64,000 bases of DNA, from positions 44,268,001 to 44,332,000 of the forward strand of contig CM097882.1 in assembly GCA_044892505.1 (NCBI GenBank), read 5' to 3'. The translations under genes and the position numbers were made by a program. The notes below the pieces were generated by a model. The model made no database searches. It saw only the letters and a program-made list of their open reading frames with translations, and was not told the origin of the DNA. How positions within the stretch are numbered: the first letter of the stretch is position 1; each line of letters opens with the position of its first letter. This document shows positions 12,139 through 24,790 of the stretch, in pieces. Source of the DNA: Schmidtea nova (taxonomy: Eukaryota).

Positions 12139-15100
12139 AGAAGGTAGATATGAGCTTACTGTGGCAATACCCACTGTGTGTATATTACATAATCGCTCGG
12201 ACTTTACATAGCATATACGATTACGCAATACTCTGATTATATATATCACACTCACTATTACGTAAAATTTCTCGGCCTTTCACGTAGCAGACGAGCTATG
12301 ATGTCAAGATTACGCAATCGAGGTCAAAGATCTAGGTCGTTTTTTTGTTTTAATTTTACCGCCATTTTGTTTAAATAAAGTAAATATATTAATTTTTAGA
12401 GCAATTTACAAAAGTTTTATTAAATTTTTTTATTATTAATATTTTATAAGTATTATTTTTTTTATTACAATTAGTATTTTATAAGTATTATTATTATTAT
12501 TACATTATTATTACAATTATTATTAATAATAATATTATTAATCTCTATCAAGAAAAGCAAAGACAAGATAAAGAACATGTGCTGTAATATTGCCAGTCCT
12601 AAAGAGTGGTGATTAAATGCCTGTGCCCAAAGGACACACTGGGCAAGTAATCGCATCCACAAGGGTCGTCTGTGCCTCCCCAAAGTGGGGTCAATAGGAC
12701 CCAGGCATCAATAGTTCGCTATCTATAGCGATCATGTCTCGGATAATCAAGGGTAGCCAGCTACCAAGACATCACCCACAACGTAGTGTTTCATACGCCA
12801 TGAATGTTCCGGCAAGATATCGCCATAAACACTATGACCGAAATTAATTAATGTTAAGTCAAAAATTCATTCAGTAGTATAATCAATTTGTTATGTGTCA
12901 TTCCTTAGCATAATCCATTTTTCTTCAAAACTTAATTTATTTATCCAGTTCTAATATTTTTACCCATTAACACATTGACAATTCTTGCGATTATTTTTAA
13001 AATACCAGTACCTGTTGGTTTACTTCATATTATTATTCTTTGATGTTTGAAAGATTCATTTTCACTCATTATTGTTACTTTTTCATCATTTTTATCCAGT
13101 AGCAGAATCTTTAGTAGCAGAGCTTCTTTTGTGATGGTTTTTATCTGCCAAAGCTTATTACTCACACATATAGTTATTATTGTTACAATCATCATTATTC
13201 ATTAACATAATCAATTTTGATCTTTGATCAATTACATTATCACAATGTTCTAATTTTATACAGTAACAGACACAAATTGTGATAGGTTTGAAAGCTTCTT
13301 ACTTGAACATACATTTCACAATATTTCCGTACACTATCATAATTTTTCAATGATAATTTCTGATGCGTGTGATGATTTTCTATGTATTTTTGATATTTTA
13401 TCTGTATTTCTGATGATTTTCTTTGTATTTTCTATGTGTTTTCTGTCATTTTGTGATGATATTTCATGAATGTAATGATATTTTGTATGTGTATGTAATT
13501 TATATGTATGTGATGATATTCATTTTGTGTATTTCATGTGATGATATTTTGTGTGTGATGAATTTCTATGTATTCTTTATATATTTTATGTATATTTGTT
13601 GATTTTCTATATGTTTTTGATATGTTGTATATTTTTGATGTATTTTGTGTGTATGTGGTAAATTTCTATGTATTCTTGATATTTTGTAATTCTTGATAAT
13701 TTTAAAATATTTCTGATATTTTCTGTGTACTTTTGATGATTTTTGGTGTATTTTCAATGTTAGTACACTAAAATATGATGAGATTTTGTGATGATATTTC
13801 GTATATGTGATGATATTTTGTGTGTGTGATGAATTTCTGTGTATTTCTGATATTTTTGTTCATCTTTGTTGATTGTCTATGTGTTTTTGATATTTTGTAT
13901 GTATTTTAGATGCTATTACACTACAGTATGATGACATTTTGTGATTATATTTTGTATGTGTATGTAATTTTTATGTATGTGATGATATTCTTTGTGTGTA
14001 TTTCATGTGATGTTATTTTGTATGTGTGATGAATTTCTATATTTTGTATGTGTGCTTGTACTATAGTGTAAGAATATTTTTTATGTGTATGTATGTACTC
14101 TAATGTAAAAACATTTTGTGTGTAATGATTTCCATATTATGGTTATTTATTGTGTATTTACCACCCAGTATCGTGTGATGCTTTTTGTCATTTATTTATC
14201 ATAGTGACAGAAAAAAAAACTTATTCAAGTAAAAACTTATTAAAAAAATAATCAAGTAAGTCTTTTTGTTTTAATTTTTCAAATTAATTATTTTATTTTA
14301 GATCATATTCAAATAGAAAGTAAGAAATCTTTTTAATTTTTGATAATTAATTACTTTTTATTTAGATTGTTATTTTAAATGAAATTGGATTATTGTAAGT
14401 TTATATTTTATTTATAAATATACTTTCAATTTAGATAATTTAGGAATGATGAAATGTTTAACATATGGAGAAAAAATAATTCAAAATCGGTTATGTAAGT
14501 ATTTTTATTTTAAAGTAGTTAAATTAAGATTAACATAAATTTTAATTAATTATGTATAATATTTTAAATTTTTTACATTTTTAAGAAAATTAATAATCCA
14601 AATATTTTAATTAGTCAATTTAATAATAATTAATCTTAGTAGTATTTTATATTGACTTTTTATTTTATTAAATTTTTGCACGAATAGGAATTAAACAAAT
14701 TTTGTTATTATTTTTAAATAAGCGCATCTCAATGCGAACAATAAATTAAAACAATTTTAATTAGTAAATTTTAAATAATTACACTTATTAATAATTTTAA
14801 ATTAACTTTTTATATATATTTTAAATTTTAAGGATCATAAATAATTTAAACAATATAATTTAAACTTTACGTAATTATTTTAGGAAACTTTTTGTATTTC
14901 AGTTAAAACTATTAATTTAAATAAATTTTAGTTAAATTAGTCATAGCTTTTTTAAATAAATTTTGTTATTATTTATAAATAAATGTATTTCAATAAAAAT
15001 AATTAATTAAAACAAATTTGATATTAATTAATAGTTTTATTTTAGATAATTATTTCAGAACTTTGGGAGAAACTTCTAGAAATGGTAATTAATTTGAAAA

Positions 15101-15660
15101 TTAAATTATTCATTAATTTTATATAATATCAGGGACTTTGGCAAAAAGAAGATAAAAATTTTATTTGTTTTTTATTTTAAAATATATTAGGGTGGGTGGG
15201 TTCTGTTTTCACCCTTTAATTATTGATGCATGCCAGTCGTTGTGGTGGACGACCGTAATCCAACCAAATTGGAGGCCTCTGCAATGTTTGCTTATTTTTG
15301 ACTTAACATTAATTAATTTCGGTCATAGTGTTTATGACGTTATCTTGCCAAAACATTCATGGCGTATGAAACACTACGTTGTGGGTGATGTCTTGGTAGC
15401 TGGCTACCCTTGATTATCCGAGACATGATCGCTATAGATAGCGAACTATTGATGCCCGGCTCCTATTGACCCCACTTTGGGGAGGCACAGACGACCCTTG
15501 TGGATGCGATTACTTGCCCAGCGTGTCCTTTAGGCACAGGCATTTAATAACCACTCTTTAGGACTGGCAATATTACAGCACATGTTCTTTATCTTGTCTT
15601 TGCTTTTCTTGATAGAGATTAATAATATTATTATTAATAATAATAATAATTGTAATAATT

Positions 15661-15693
<33 letters not shown>

Positions 15694-16250
15694 TAATAAT
15701 AATACTTATAAAATACTAATTGTAATAAAAAAATAATGATAAAAAAATAATATAAAATAAAATAATACTTATAAAATATTTATAAAAAATAATACTTATC
15801 AAATATTAATAATAAAAAATTTAATAAAACTTTTGTGAATTGCTCTGGAAATTAATATATTTACTTTATTTAAACAAAATGGCGCTAAAATTCAAAAATT
15901 GCGAGAAAAAAATTAAAATTTAAACAAAAATTCAAAAAAGCGGTAAAATTCAAAAATTTCGTCAAAAATATTTTTTTATTAATTTAATTTATTTAAACAA
16001 AGCGGCGGTAAAATTAAAAATTGCGCCAAAAAACAAAATTTAAACAAAAAACGACCCTGACCTTTGACCCCGATTGTGTAATTATGACATCATAGCTCGT
16101 GTGCAATGCGGAAAGCCGAGAAATATTACATAATAACGAGTGTGCTGTGTAAAACCCGAGTATTTTGTAATCATGTGTGCAATGTAAAGTCCGAGTGATC
16201 ATGTAATATACACACAGGGGTATTGCCGCATAAGCTCATATGTACCTACT
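12139..16250. mobile_element. Non-autonomous Polinton/Maverick derivative (4112 bp) with long TIRs and 6-bp TSD
   Basis: TIRs 12139-12866 and 15294-16250; termini AGAAGGTAG / AGTAGGTAC; ATTAAC duplicated at 12133-12138 and 16251-16256; no core viral genes inside. Confidence 0.85.
13370..14110. repeat. Degenerate GT-rich minisatellite inside the mini-Maverick
   Basis: Repeated TGATGATATTTTGTGTGTG / GATGAATTTCTATGTATT motifs; 13460-13640 resembles 13770-14050. Confidence 0.7.
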
Positions 16251-16423
16251 ATTAACATAAACACAATCAAAATATTTTGTTTAATCTAAAATTGCATACA
16301 GATAATAAACATATAAAACAGAACTAAGCATCAAAATCAATCATAACAAAGACCTATTTCTGTTTGTTTCTCCTCTGTGCTTTAATATTTTATGTAACTT
16401 TTAAACGTTTTTGCTACTTACCG

Positions 16424-17030
16424 CTACTTTGTGTTTTCATGAGTTTTTGCATATAAAGTCAAAATCTTTTCACAACTTATATCCCATTTATCGATTTTAT
16501 TTAAACCATATTTGAGGATGTTATGTAAATCATATCCGTGTAGATTATGAAATATGACTGGCATGATGAATCTTATTTGTCTAGAAAAATTGCATTTAGA
16601 GCAAGCCGCTCCCAAGTATTTACCTGTGTAATGGTCATGATCTTTAACTATATTTTTCAATGGTTTAATATACAAATAACAAATTGTAGAACTACGAAAT
16701 GATCTTATTTGTTCAGGGGAAATATATTCCATTTCTTTTGGAATTGTTTATAAAGTAAGGCAAAACTCTTTTTTCTCCTATATCATTGATTTCGGTTAAA
16801 ATCTCTTCTACGCCGTTAATACTATAAAAGCTTTTATATGATTTTTCTCTGGTAAAGTTATTAATAAGCAACATGCTAACAGAAATAGGCAAGTTGCGTT
16901 AAAAATACTTATCGTATTTGGGTAAAATAGCCTCAAAATCGGCATATACGACGATGTTTCTCAAAAGCTTCAGTCAATCTAAAACCATTCAAACAACGTT
17001 CTCACCAAATGCACCTTATTTGAACATCAT
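16424..17030 (-). pseudogene. Second, diverged Polinton pPolB N-terminal/exonuclease fragment
   Basis: KDHDHYTGKYLGAACSKCN and IFHNLHGYDLH parallel the 28051-29010 ORF; VVYADFEAIL (ExoI) at ~16930. Confidence 0.85.
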
Positions 17031-17714
17031 TTGCTAAATTTTGAACTAAAATAATTTTCTTTCATATTTCTATGAATTTTTAGGATAAAAATCAAAATTT
17101 TCTTTCAAAAAATATGTTAATTTTTTCTAATTGGTAATTTTATTACATAATTGATGTTTTTATGCTATATGTGTTTTTCACGTGTATATCTTATTCGATT
17201 TTGTTCATTTTAATTTTTAAACGTGTTTTTTTAATTATTTCAATGTTTTGTGATTACTGTATTTTACTTAGTGTTTTGACTCATATAATTTTAAATTTAA
17301 TTCTTGCGCGCTCTCTGTGCTATGTTCCTACTTCATTCAAACAACTCTTAGTTTTTGCCCAACAGTTAGTGACTACCGACTTGGCAAAAATTTAAAATTT
17401 TCAAAGAATCTTCAATTTAAAGTATTATAATATTGAAATAAAAATTAAGTACTTTGCCTTGTAGAGATTTATATTCACTTAATATATTGAAGAAATATTT
17501 TTATTTTTTTGTGATGAATTTCATTCAAAATCAATGAAAACTTCAACCGCATAACTATTTAGAATTGAGTTGGGAAAAAATGTGATAAAATTGTATGACT
17601 GTGGAAAATGTTTTAATTTCGAATGAATGAGAAATGAAGGGGACACTGAGATTGAATTTTCCTCTTAATAACACCACGGGTTAACAGTATAACAAATATA
17701 ATTAAGGGATTTAA

Positions 17715-17941
17715 AACGGGCACTGAACCTTCTATCGGTAGCCCTTGAACCCATTGTGATGTTCGGTCAATCATAGTTTCAATTTTTCGACGCTCACTGT
17801 TTGAGAACATACACACATTTGTTACATTACCAGCGTACCATTGTGATGGACAACAAGATGGTTTTAACTTATGTTTATGTGATGAGTTGTTGATGAGTCA
17901 TATTAGCGTCAAGGTCATATTGACGAACAACAACCTACCAC
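17715..17941. repeat. Family C dispersed repeat copy
   Basis: Homologous to 25-228 and 40512-40740. Confidence 0.85.
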
Positions 17942-18442
17942 ATGTCTAGTAGCAACTTAGAATTATTTGACCCAAACCGAATTTAAAACATAGACGCCGC
18001 AACAAATCCAAAGCCAAACGGTATGAGCGCGATATCAGATCAAATTAGAGAAATGAATGCTAAAATTAATCAATTGTGTTGAAAAAGTATCCGTAATTTC
18101 AGTCCGGTTATATAGTCAGAGTAACTTATTCAAATTCTCTTTAATCTTACAGTTTAATTATAATAAAGTAGTAAGATTACAGTTCAAAATAACAAATTTT
18201 ATCATCAATATTCATAGATTTAATTTCAAAGCTTTTAAGATTGTTTTAACGATGCATGAAGATCATTTTTTCAAATTATATTTTATAATTAAAGATATAA
18301 TTTATTATTATATGAAACTTACTAATTATTCCATTTATCGGTTAAATTTATCAATATTAATATAAATGATTATCGACAATTAACGTTCTAACGTATATTA
18401 TTTGTATAATTTTCTAAAACGCATTAATTCTTTTATGAAAAA

Positions 18443-18744
18443 ATGGAAAGTGATACTGATTCGGATTCTGAATTGCCTCCCGGATGGGAAAAATCTATAA
18501 ACCAAGGAACAATATTTTACATCAAGTTATTATAATATATATATATATTTTTTTATTAACTAAAATTAGTCACATAAATAATACTTCTCAATTGTATTCT
18601 CCACTGAAAGATATGAAAATTGATCAGAATGATGAGCATTACAGAAAAACGAGATACAACAAATCGTGTGGATTTACTCAGAAATCAACAGTTCGACATA
18701 AACGTTTCATTCAAAAATTTGATTCTTTTTCTACATCTGAACAA
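18443..18744 (+). CDS. WWOX: WW domain-containing oxidoreductase, exons 1-2 (18443-18525, 18570-18744)
   Basis: MESDTDSDSELPPGWEKSINQGTIFYIN|HINNTSQLYSP matches human [49 protein letters not shown] matches QRYDGSTTAME; GT-AG junctions in frame. Confidence 0.9.
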
Positions 18745-20284
18745 GTAAGAAATGGAAAATTATATATATTGATTTTATGATTTTTAGTTTTTATAAGTTT
18801 AATAATATTTTTATACATTTTACTGAGTCAAATAAACCGTCACTACCAAGCCAAATTAATATTTAATTAATTTAAAATTTAGTAAGATTAAATAAATCAA
18901 GATTATGAAAAAGAAATAGAATTTACTGCTAATTAAGTGCAGTGTAATTTACACATTTCTCATTAAATAATTCAGAGCTTTATCTCTTTAAAAATAGCAT
19001 AGCCATTCATTGGACATGGTACTCATTGAATCATCCTCATATCTGATGCCAGATCCTTGAACCATATCACATTAAATTAAAAAAAAGTTATTTAGATTCA
19101 CCAAAAGTGGTTTAATTTAGTGGTTCAGTAAAATTACTATAAGTTGAAAACTACATTGAATTTTTTATGAAACTAAGATACTAAGGTACTTTAAGAATAA
19201 ATAGAAAAGCAAAACGAAACACTTAGCGTCGTTCGCAACAAATGTGTTAAAATAGTTTATTATTGTTGATTTCTCAAATAGTTTAAAGACTCGACGTTGA
19301 TTAGTTCTTATATAAATAAAATTATTTGAGCGCTTTAAAAACTTTATTAAATAACAAGACAATTTACATTCTCCTTACAATTTAATATATCCGTTACACA
19401 GGTGAATTTTAAGCTTTATCATTTTTTGCATTCCCTCGAATAATACATGTCAATAAAGATAATGAATTTTTTACGATATGATAACTAGAAAGCTCTAATG
19501 AAATGGTCATTATCATCTATATCAGTAGTTCCCAAAATTTTACGAATCGAAACCCACTATGTTGACCGGCAATTTTACACAGAAAATATGTCATGTTACC
19601 GGCTACTATTTTGTAATTTGGAAATAAAGTAAAACGTTCCATCATGGTTAAAAATTTCTGAATTACTAAAACTTTGATAAAATTCTAAATACCAAGAACA
19701 GTATTTTCTTTATTATAAAGCGGACACGACTAAACAAAATGCGCATTAATAGACCGGCCAACAAAGTTATAAAACCGTAAAGTTTTAGCGACCTACTTGT
19801 AAAAAAACAAGGNNNNNNNNNNNNNNNNNNNNNNNNNNNNNNNNNNNNNNNNNNNNNNNNNNNNNNNNNNNNNNNNNNNNNNNNNNNNNNNNNNNNNNNN
19901 NNNNNNNNNNNNNNNNNNNNNNNNNNNNNNNNNNNNNNNNNNNNNNNNNNNNNNNNNNNNNNNNNNNNNNNNNNNNNNNNNNNNNNNNNNNNNNNNNNNN
20001 NNNNNNNNNNNNNNNNNNNNNNNNNNNNNNNNNNNNNNNNNNNNNNNNNNNNNNNNNNNNNNNNNNNNNNNNNNNNNNNNNNNNNNNNNNNNNNNNNNNN
20101 NNNNNNNNNNNNNNNNNNNNNNNNNNNNNNNNNNNNNNNNNNNNNNNNNNNNNNNNNNNNNNNNNNNNNNNNNNNNNNNNNNNNNNNNNNNNNNNNNNNN
20201 NNNNNNNNNNNNNNNNNNNNNNNNNNNNNNNNNNNNNNNNNNNNNNNNNNNNNNNNCTTATTTTCCTTTGTATCTTGTATATAT

Positions 20285-21198
20285 TGTAGTGTATGAAAAG
20301 TTTGCTGGTAGTTGTTATTTTTATGATTATGATTATTGTTATTCTTTTATGATGGTGGAAGCGCCGTCATTGTTATGGACGGTGCCTTTGCGGCCACCGG
20401 GGACCCTCCCCTTTTTTGTGTGTGTTAATTTTTTTTATTATTATTATAATTACTATTATTATTATTTATAACTGCAAAGATTCAAATATTTAATTTAAAT
20501 ATTTGATAGCTTACTATAGTAATAAACTATAGTAAGCTAATCACAAATAAATATTATGGATAATTGAAAAGGATAAAATTTTATCAAAATCTGAAGCTGT
20601 CCAGAAAGCAATAAAAGAATAAGAAAAAGAATAAGAAAATTGTCGCAAATATTCAATAAAAGAATAAGAAAAGGAATAAGAAAATCGTCGCAAATATTCA
20701 ATAAAAGAATAAGAAAAAGAATAAGAAAATTGTCGCAAATATTCAATAAAAGAATAAGAAAAGGAATAAGAAAATTGTCGCAAATATTCAATAAAAGAAT
20801 AAGAAAAAGAATAAGAAAATTGTCGCAAATATTCAATAAAAGAATAAGAAAAGGAATAAGAAAATTGTCGCAAATATTCAACAAAAGAATAAGAAAAGAA
20901 TAAGAAAAGAATAAGAAAATCATTGCAAATCTTCGATAAAAGAATAAGCAAATCGTGGCAAGATATTGAATAATAAAGTAACATTTTCGTGGTTTTACTA
21001 TTACATTGTTTTTAATAAATTTTTGTAATCTAATAATCGTTCTATTTATTTAATTGCAACTATTTATTTTTATTATCCTTGTAATCGCACTACATAGCAC
21101 ACACCCCGAGTGTCGGCACATAGTTAACGTCGGACTCTCTCGGGATCTACAATTCTCCCCTACATCACACATTCAACAAACTAAAATCACAAACTACA
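20285..21198 (+). mobile_element. Solo LTR (family A) in WWOX intron 2, bounded by assembly gaps
   Basis: Starts TGTAGTGTATG; 20285-20540 is the reverse complement of 32076-32313; shares the CATACACCCCGAGTGTC-type motif near its end. Confidence 0.75.
20612..20950. repeat. 45-bp tandem repeat, ~7 copies, inside the LTR
   Basis: GTCGCAAATATTCAA recurs every 45 bp from 20641 to 20866, with alternating AAAG/AAGG variants. Confidence 0.95.
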
Positions 21199-21571
21199 NN
21201 NNNNNNNNNNNNNNNNNNNNNNNNNNNNNNNNNNNNNNNNNNNNNNNNNNNNNNNNNNNNNNNNNNNNNNNNNNNNNNNNNNNNNNNNNNNNNNNNNNNN
21301 NNNNNNNNNNNNNNNNNNNNNNNNNNNNNNNNNNNNNNNNNNNNNNNNNNNNNNNNNNNNNNNNNNNNNNNNNNNNNNATATTAAAAATACTTAACAAAT
21401 TTTTAACTTGTAAATTGTCATGAGAAAATAAGCTTAGTACCTTTCTCTAGCACCCTGGATAGTTTTAAAAAACTTCCAAAACCTTAAGCATGTAAAGTTT
21501 TTGAAATTCTCTCTCTTTTAACCAGATTATTATAGTTTTCTATTTTCTATTTATAAGATAAAAATTTTCAG

Positions 21572-22377
21572 GTAATCAATAATGCAAATTTATCGTTAAG
21601 TCGAGCTCTAGTCATTGGCGGTTGTTCAGGAATTGGGCTTGAAATAGTCAGTCAATTAATCACCAAAAGTTGCATGGTTATTTTGGGTTGCCCAAATTTG
21701 ATAAAATGTATTTCGGAATTAAAATCTAAACTCGGCAATGAAATCGTCACAGATTTTATTACGGTTTTTCAATTGGATTTACGAAGTTTTAAATCAGTTC
21801 TTGGATTTTGTAATGTTAGAAATTGTCTCGTTCTTTCATCTCAACAAATTCGATTTCATTTAGTTGATTCTACAGAGATTTCCGGAAATTGATTTGATAA
21901 TATTCAGTGCTGGTATAATGAATCCACCATTTTCAATTACTGAAGACGGTTTCGAAACGAGCTTTCAAGTTAATGTGCTGTCCCTGTTTTATATCCAAGA
22001 AACGTTGCTATCGCGATTAGTTAGTGCTAAATGTCGAGTGATATGGCTAGCTTGCGAAAGTCACAGGTGTTTAAACGCAATTGGGGATTTTTTCAAATGT
22101 AAATTTTACGTTTAGAGCTATCAAGGAATTGAATTTATGTGAATTGAATCCATCCTCTCAGGAATACAAGGGATTTTATTCCTATGCTCTATGCAATTTA
22201 TGCAAAATTCTCATCGTTAAATATTCCAAATTTAAATGGGATTCAATTGATTGTGCTAGAAAACCATTATTTTTCGTTTGTCATCCGGGTAATGTTGTCT
22301 ACAATACAAGCATCACAAGATATCATCCGGTTTTGAAGTTTCTGTTCTGGTTTTTTAGTCCATTCACCAAAAGTCTA
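21572..22377 (+). CDS. WWOX: WWOX SDR domain, exons 3-5 (21572-21814, 21864-22066, 22116-22377)
   Basis: ALVIGGCSGIGLE Rossmann motif; QLDLRSFKSV; ITEDGFETSFQVN; CESHR; HPGNVVY; FSPFTKSL followed by a GTGAGT donor. All match WWOX. Confidence 0.92.
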
Positions 22378-22769
22378 GTGAGTAAATTTTGTTGTCATTG
22401 TTTTTAAAAGCTATAATATACCTCATGCTTTCTTTGCGGCGTCCTTAGATGCTACCTTTCGCGTTCTATTTCATCTACTTCGCCAATTTAGTTGTTTACA
22501 TCAGTCATTAATACAGGACTATCAAACTCGATTTGCACCACTTAAGGCGGAGGGCAGCTTATTTTTAATAATATTTAAAAATAGGAAATTTAAAAAATCT
22601 CAGATTTATTCAAAAAATATACATAAAGCCAGTACATATTGTTGGGGTTAGTATTGAAACCATAAAAACAAAATCCAAACACAATAAATAATGTTAAAAT
22701 GAAAAAAATCTCAAAATAATTAAAAGTGTAAATTTTAATCATAAATCAATATTGATTGGAGGAAATGGA

Positions 22770-23750
22770 TATGGTTGAACGTCAAATCATAAGTCGAACT
22801 CAAAAAATAGTAATAAAAACTTAGTAAAAGGTTCCTAGAAAAATTATTGAAATATAACAAATTAATTAATCGCATAATGAAAATCCCGAAACAATGGGAA
22901 ACCCGAGCGGCGAGGAATGTCCGAAGCACAGGAAGATCTGAGAGATCAAAGACATGTTGGGCAAAAACTGAAGTTTGTTTAAATGGTGCGGTAATACAAC
23001 ATGTAAAGAGCGCGCAAGTAGATTTAAAATTCTGTGGGCCAAAACACCAAGTACACACCTGTGACAGTAGAACACATGAAATAATTGATCAAAACACATT
23101 TAAAAATTGAAATTAACAAAAGCGCACTGAGTGTATACGTGAAAAACACATGTATAACGTGAGAACATCAATTGTGTAATAGAATAGCACACTAGGAAAA
23201 ATTAACATCTTTTCGGTAGGAAATTTTCGAATTTCAAAAAAATACGAAAGAATTGTTTTAATTAGAAATTATGATAAACTAATTAAATTAGGAAAAACTT
23301 TGATTTAAAAATGAAATTTTAGATCAAAAATAAATTATTTAGAGTTAATTTAAATTTTATGCAAAAATAATAATTCAATTTTGCGTAAAATTTTTAAAAT
23401 TAATTTTCAAGACTCGGAAAATTTCTTCTAGAACAATTTGTTTTAATGCATCAACGAAAATAACAATTTAAGCAACAATTTATACCGCCATCAAAATAGA
23501 TTTCATCAGAATTTGCCAAAATTTTGCAGAATTTTCCGGAATTTTGTTGCTAAAAATTTTGAAACGTTTTTAGCAGTAAAATGTTTAAGAGAGAACTTTG
23601 CTTAAAATCGTTTGAAAGAATTCTCGGAAGGCGAACCACTCGAAAGATTTCTAGAAATCGTATCCGAACCAAGCGGAGAAGCTATTCGATTATGTAAGAA
23701 TCATGAATTTTATGTTATGCAGGCTAGCAAATCATGCCCTGTTACCCTGC
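22770..23750 (+). mobile_element. Family B LTR/leader-like repeat
   Basis: Shares CTAGAACAATTTGTTTTA and ATACCGCCATCAAAAT with 37140-37210, and a motif with 8310-8350. Confidence 0.5.
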
Positions 23751-23899
23751 CGTAGGTATTCCGATTTGATTTATTCGAAGATTGATAACTGTTATCTTAT
23801 GGTTAAATATGTAATGATTATTATAATTTCTTCTATTCAAGTTTTATTTTTGCTTTGATCATATTTTCTCACAACCTAACATACTTATATTGATATTCA

Positions 23900-24753
23900 T
23901 TTATTTATTTATCTGCCCAAAAACCAAATCTTGTAGGGACACTCGGGGTATATGCTTTTATGAGCGTACGTGCGTATGCTTGAATGCGAAATAATTATTA
24001 TAAACGGTTAATATCAAACTAATAATAATAACAAATTTATTTAAGATAGAAAATTGCAATAAGTCTACTTACTGGGAGAATTGGAAAAGTGGAAAAATTT
24101 GTCCGTGACGATATTTGATATTTAACAACTTTCAGTGAAATAATCGGAATAGAAGTTTGAAATGTATTTAAACCGAATCGTCTCCAACAACCACAGGTTA
24201 ATAACAAAAGTGACTATATTTTGTTTCAATGTCTCTCCGACAATATTTAATATGGAAGAACTGAAAGGGTGGAAGAATTTGTCCTTGATGATATTTGATA
24301 TTTAACAACCTTCAATGAAATAATTGGAATAGAAGCTTGGATCGAACTTGAATAGAATTATCTCCAACAACCTCAGGTTAATAACCAATACAACTTTATT
24401 TAATCTTTTAGCATAAAATTTTAATTATAAAAAAATCTATTTGTTTAATTTTGTAATTTATCCTAGCAATTTCTATAGTAAATTCATTTACTATAGAAAT
24501 TGTCTCATCGATTTTTTATTTAAATTTTTCCAACTATTTATTATTAATATTTTTTTGTAATAATAAATATAATAAACAAGGGGGAACCACACAAGGCGGA
24601 ACCCAAAATAAAAGCGGTTTCAAAAATGATGGCAATAATAAATAATAATAAAGATAATAACAATAATAAGATACGACATTCACAATATTTATATTGATGG
24701 CAATAATAAATAATAATAAAGATAATAACAATAATAAGATACGACATTCACAA

Positions 24754-24760
<7 letters not shown>
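23900..24760 (-). mobile_element. Solo LTR (family A), diverged copy with an internal ~180-bp tandem duplication
   Basis: GGACACTCGGGGTATATG motif; 16-bp-arm CTATAG hairpin at 24467-24502; AAGGGGG tract at ~24578. Confidence 0.6.

Positions 24761-24789
<29 letters not shown>

Positions 24790-24790
<1 letters not shown>

Noticed and set aside
12265-12279. TTCTCGGCCTTT match to the U2 snRNA 5' end
   Set aside because: Only 12 nt, not conserved in the other TIR arm, and no branch-pairing or Sm site follows.
19522-19536. CAGTAGTTCCCAAA, resembling a hAT/MITE terminus
   Set aside because: No partner TIR or TSD found before the gap.
20537-20984. Repetitive ORFs (FSYSFSYSFIEYLRQ, SQIFNKRIRK)
   Set aside because: By-products of a 45-bp (multiple of 3) tandem repeat within an LTR. 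Not a CRISPR array, since there are no unique spacers.
22411-22650. Proximal candidate for the WWOX last exon
   Set aside because: The acceptor at 22410 gives CTA TAA immediately; the other frame has only weak similarity compared with the 61506 exon.
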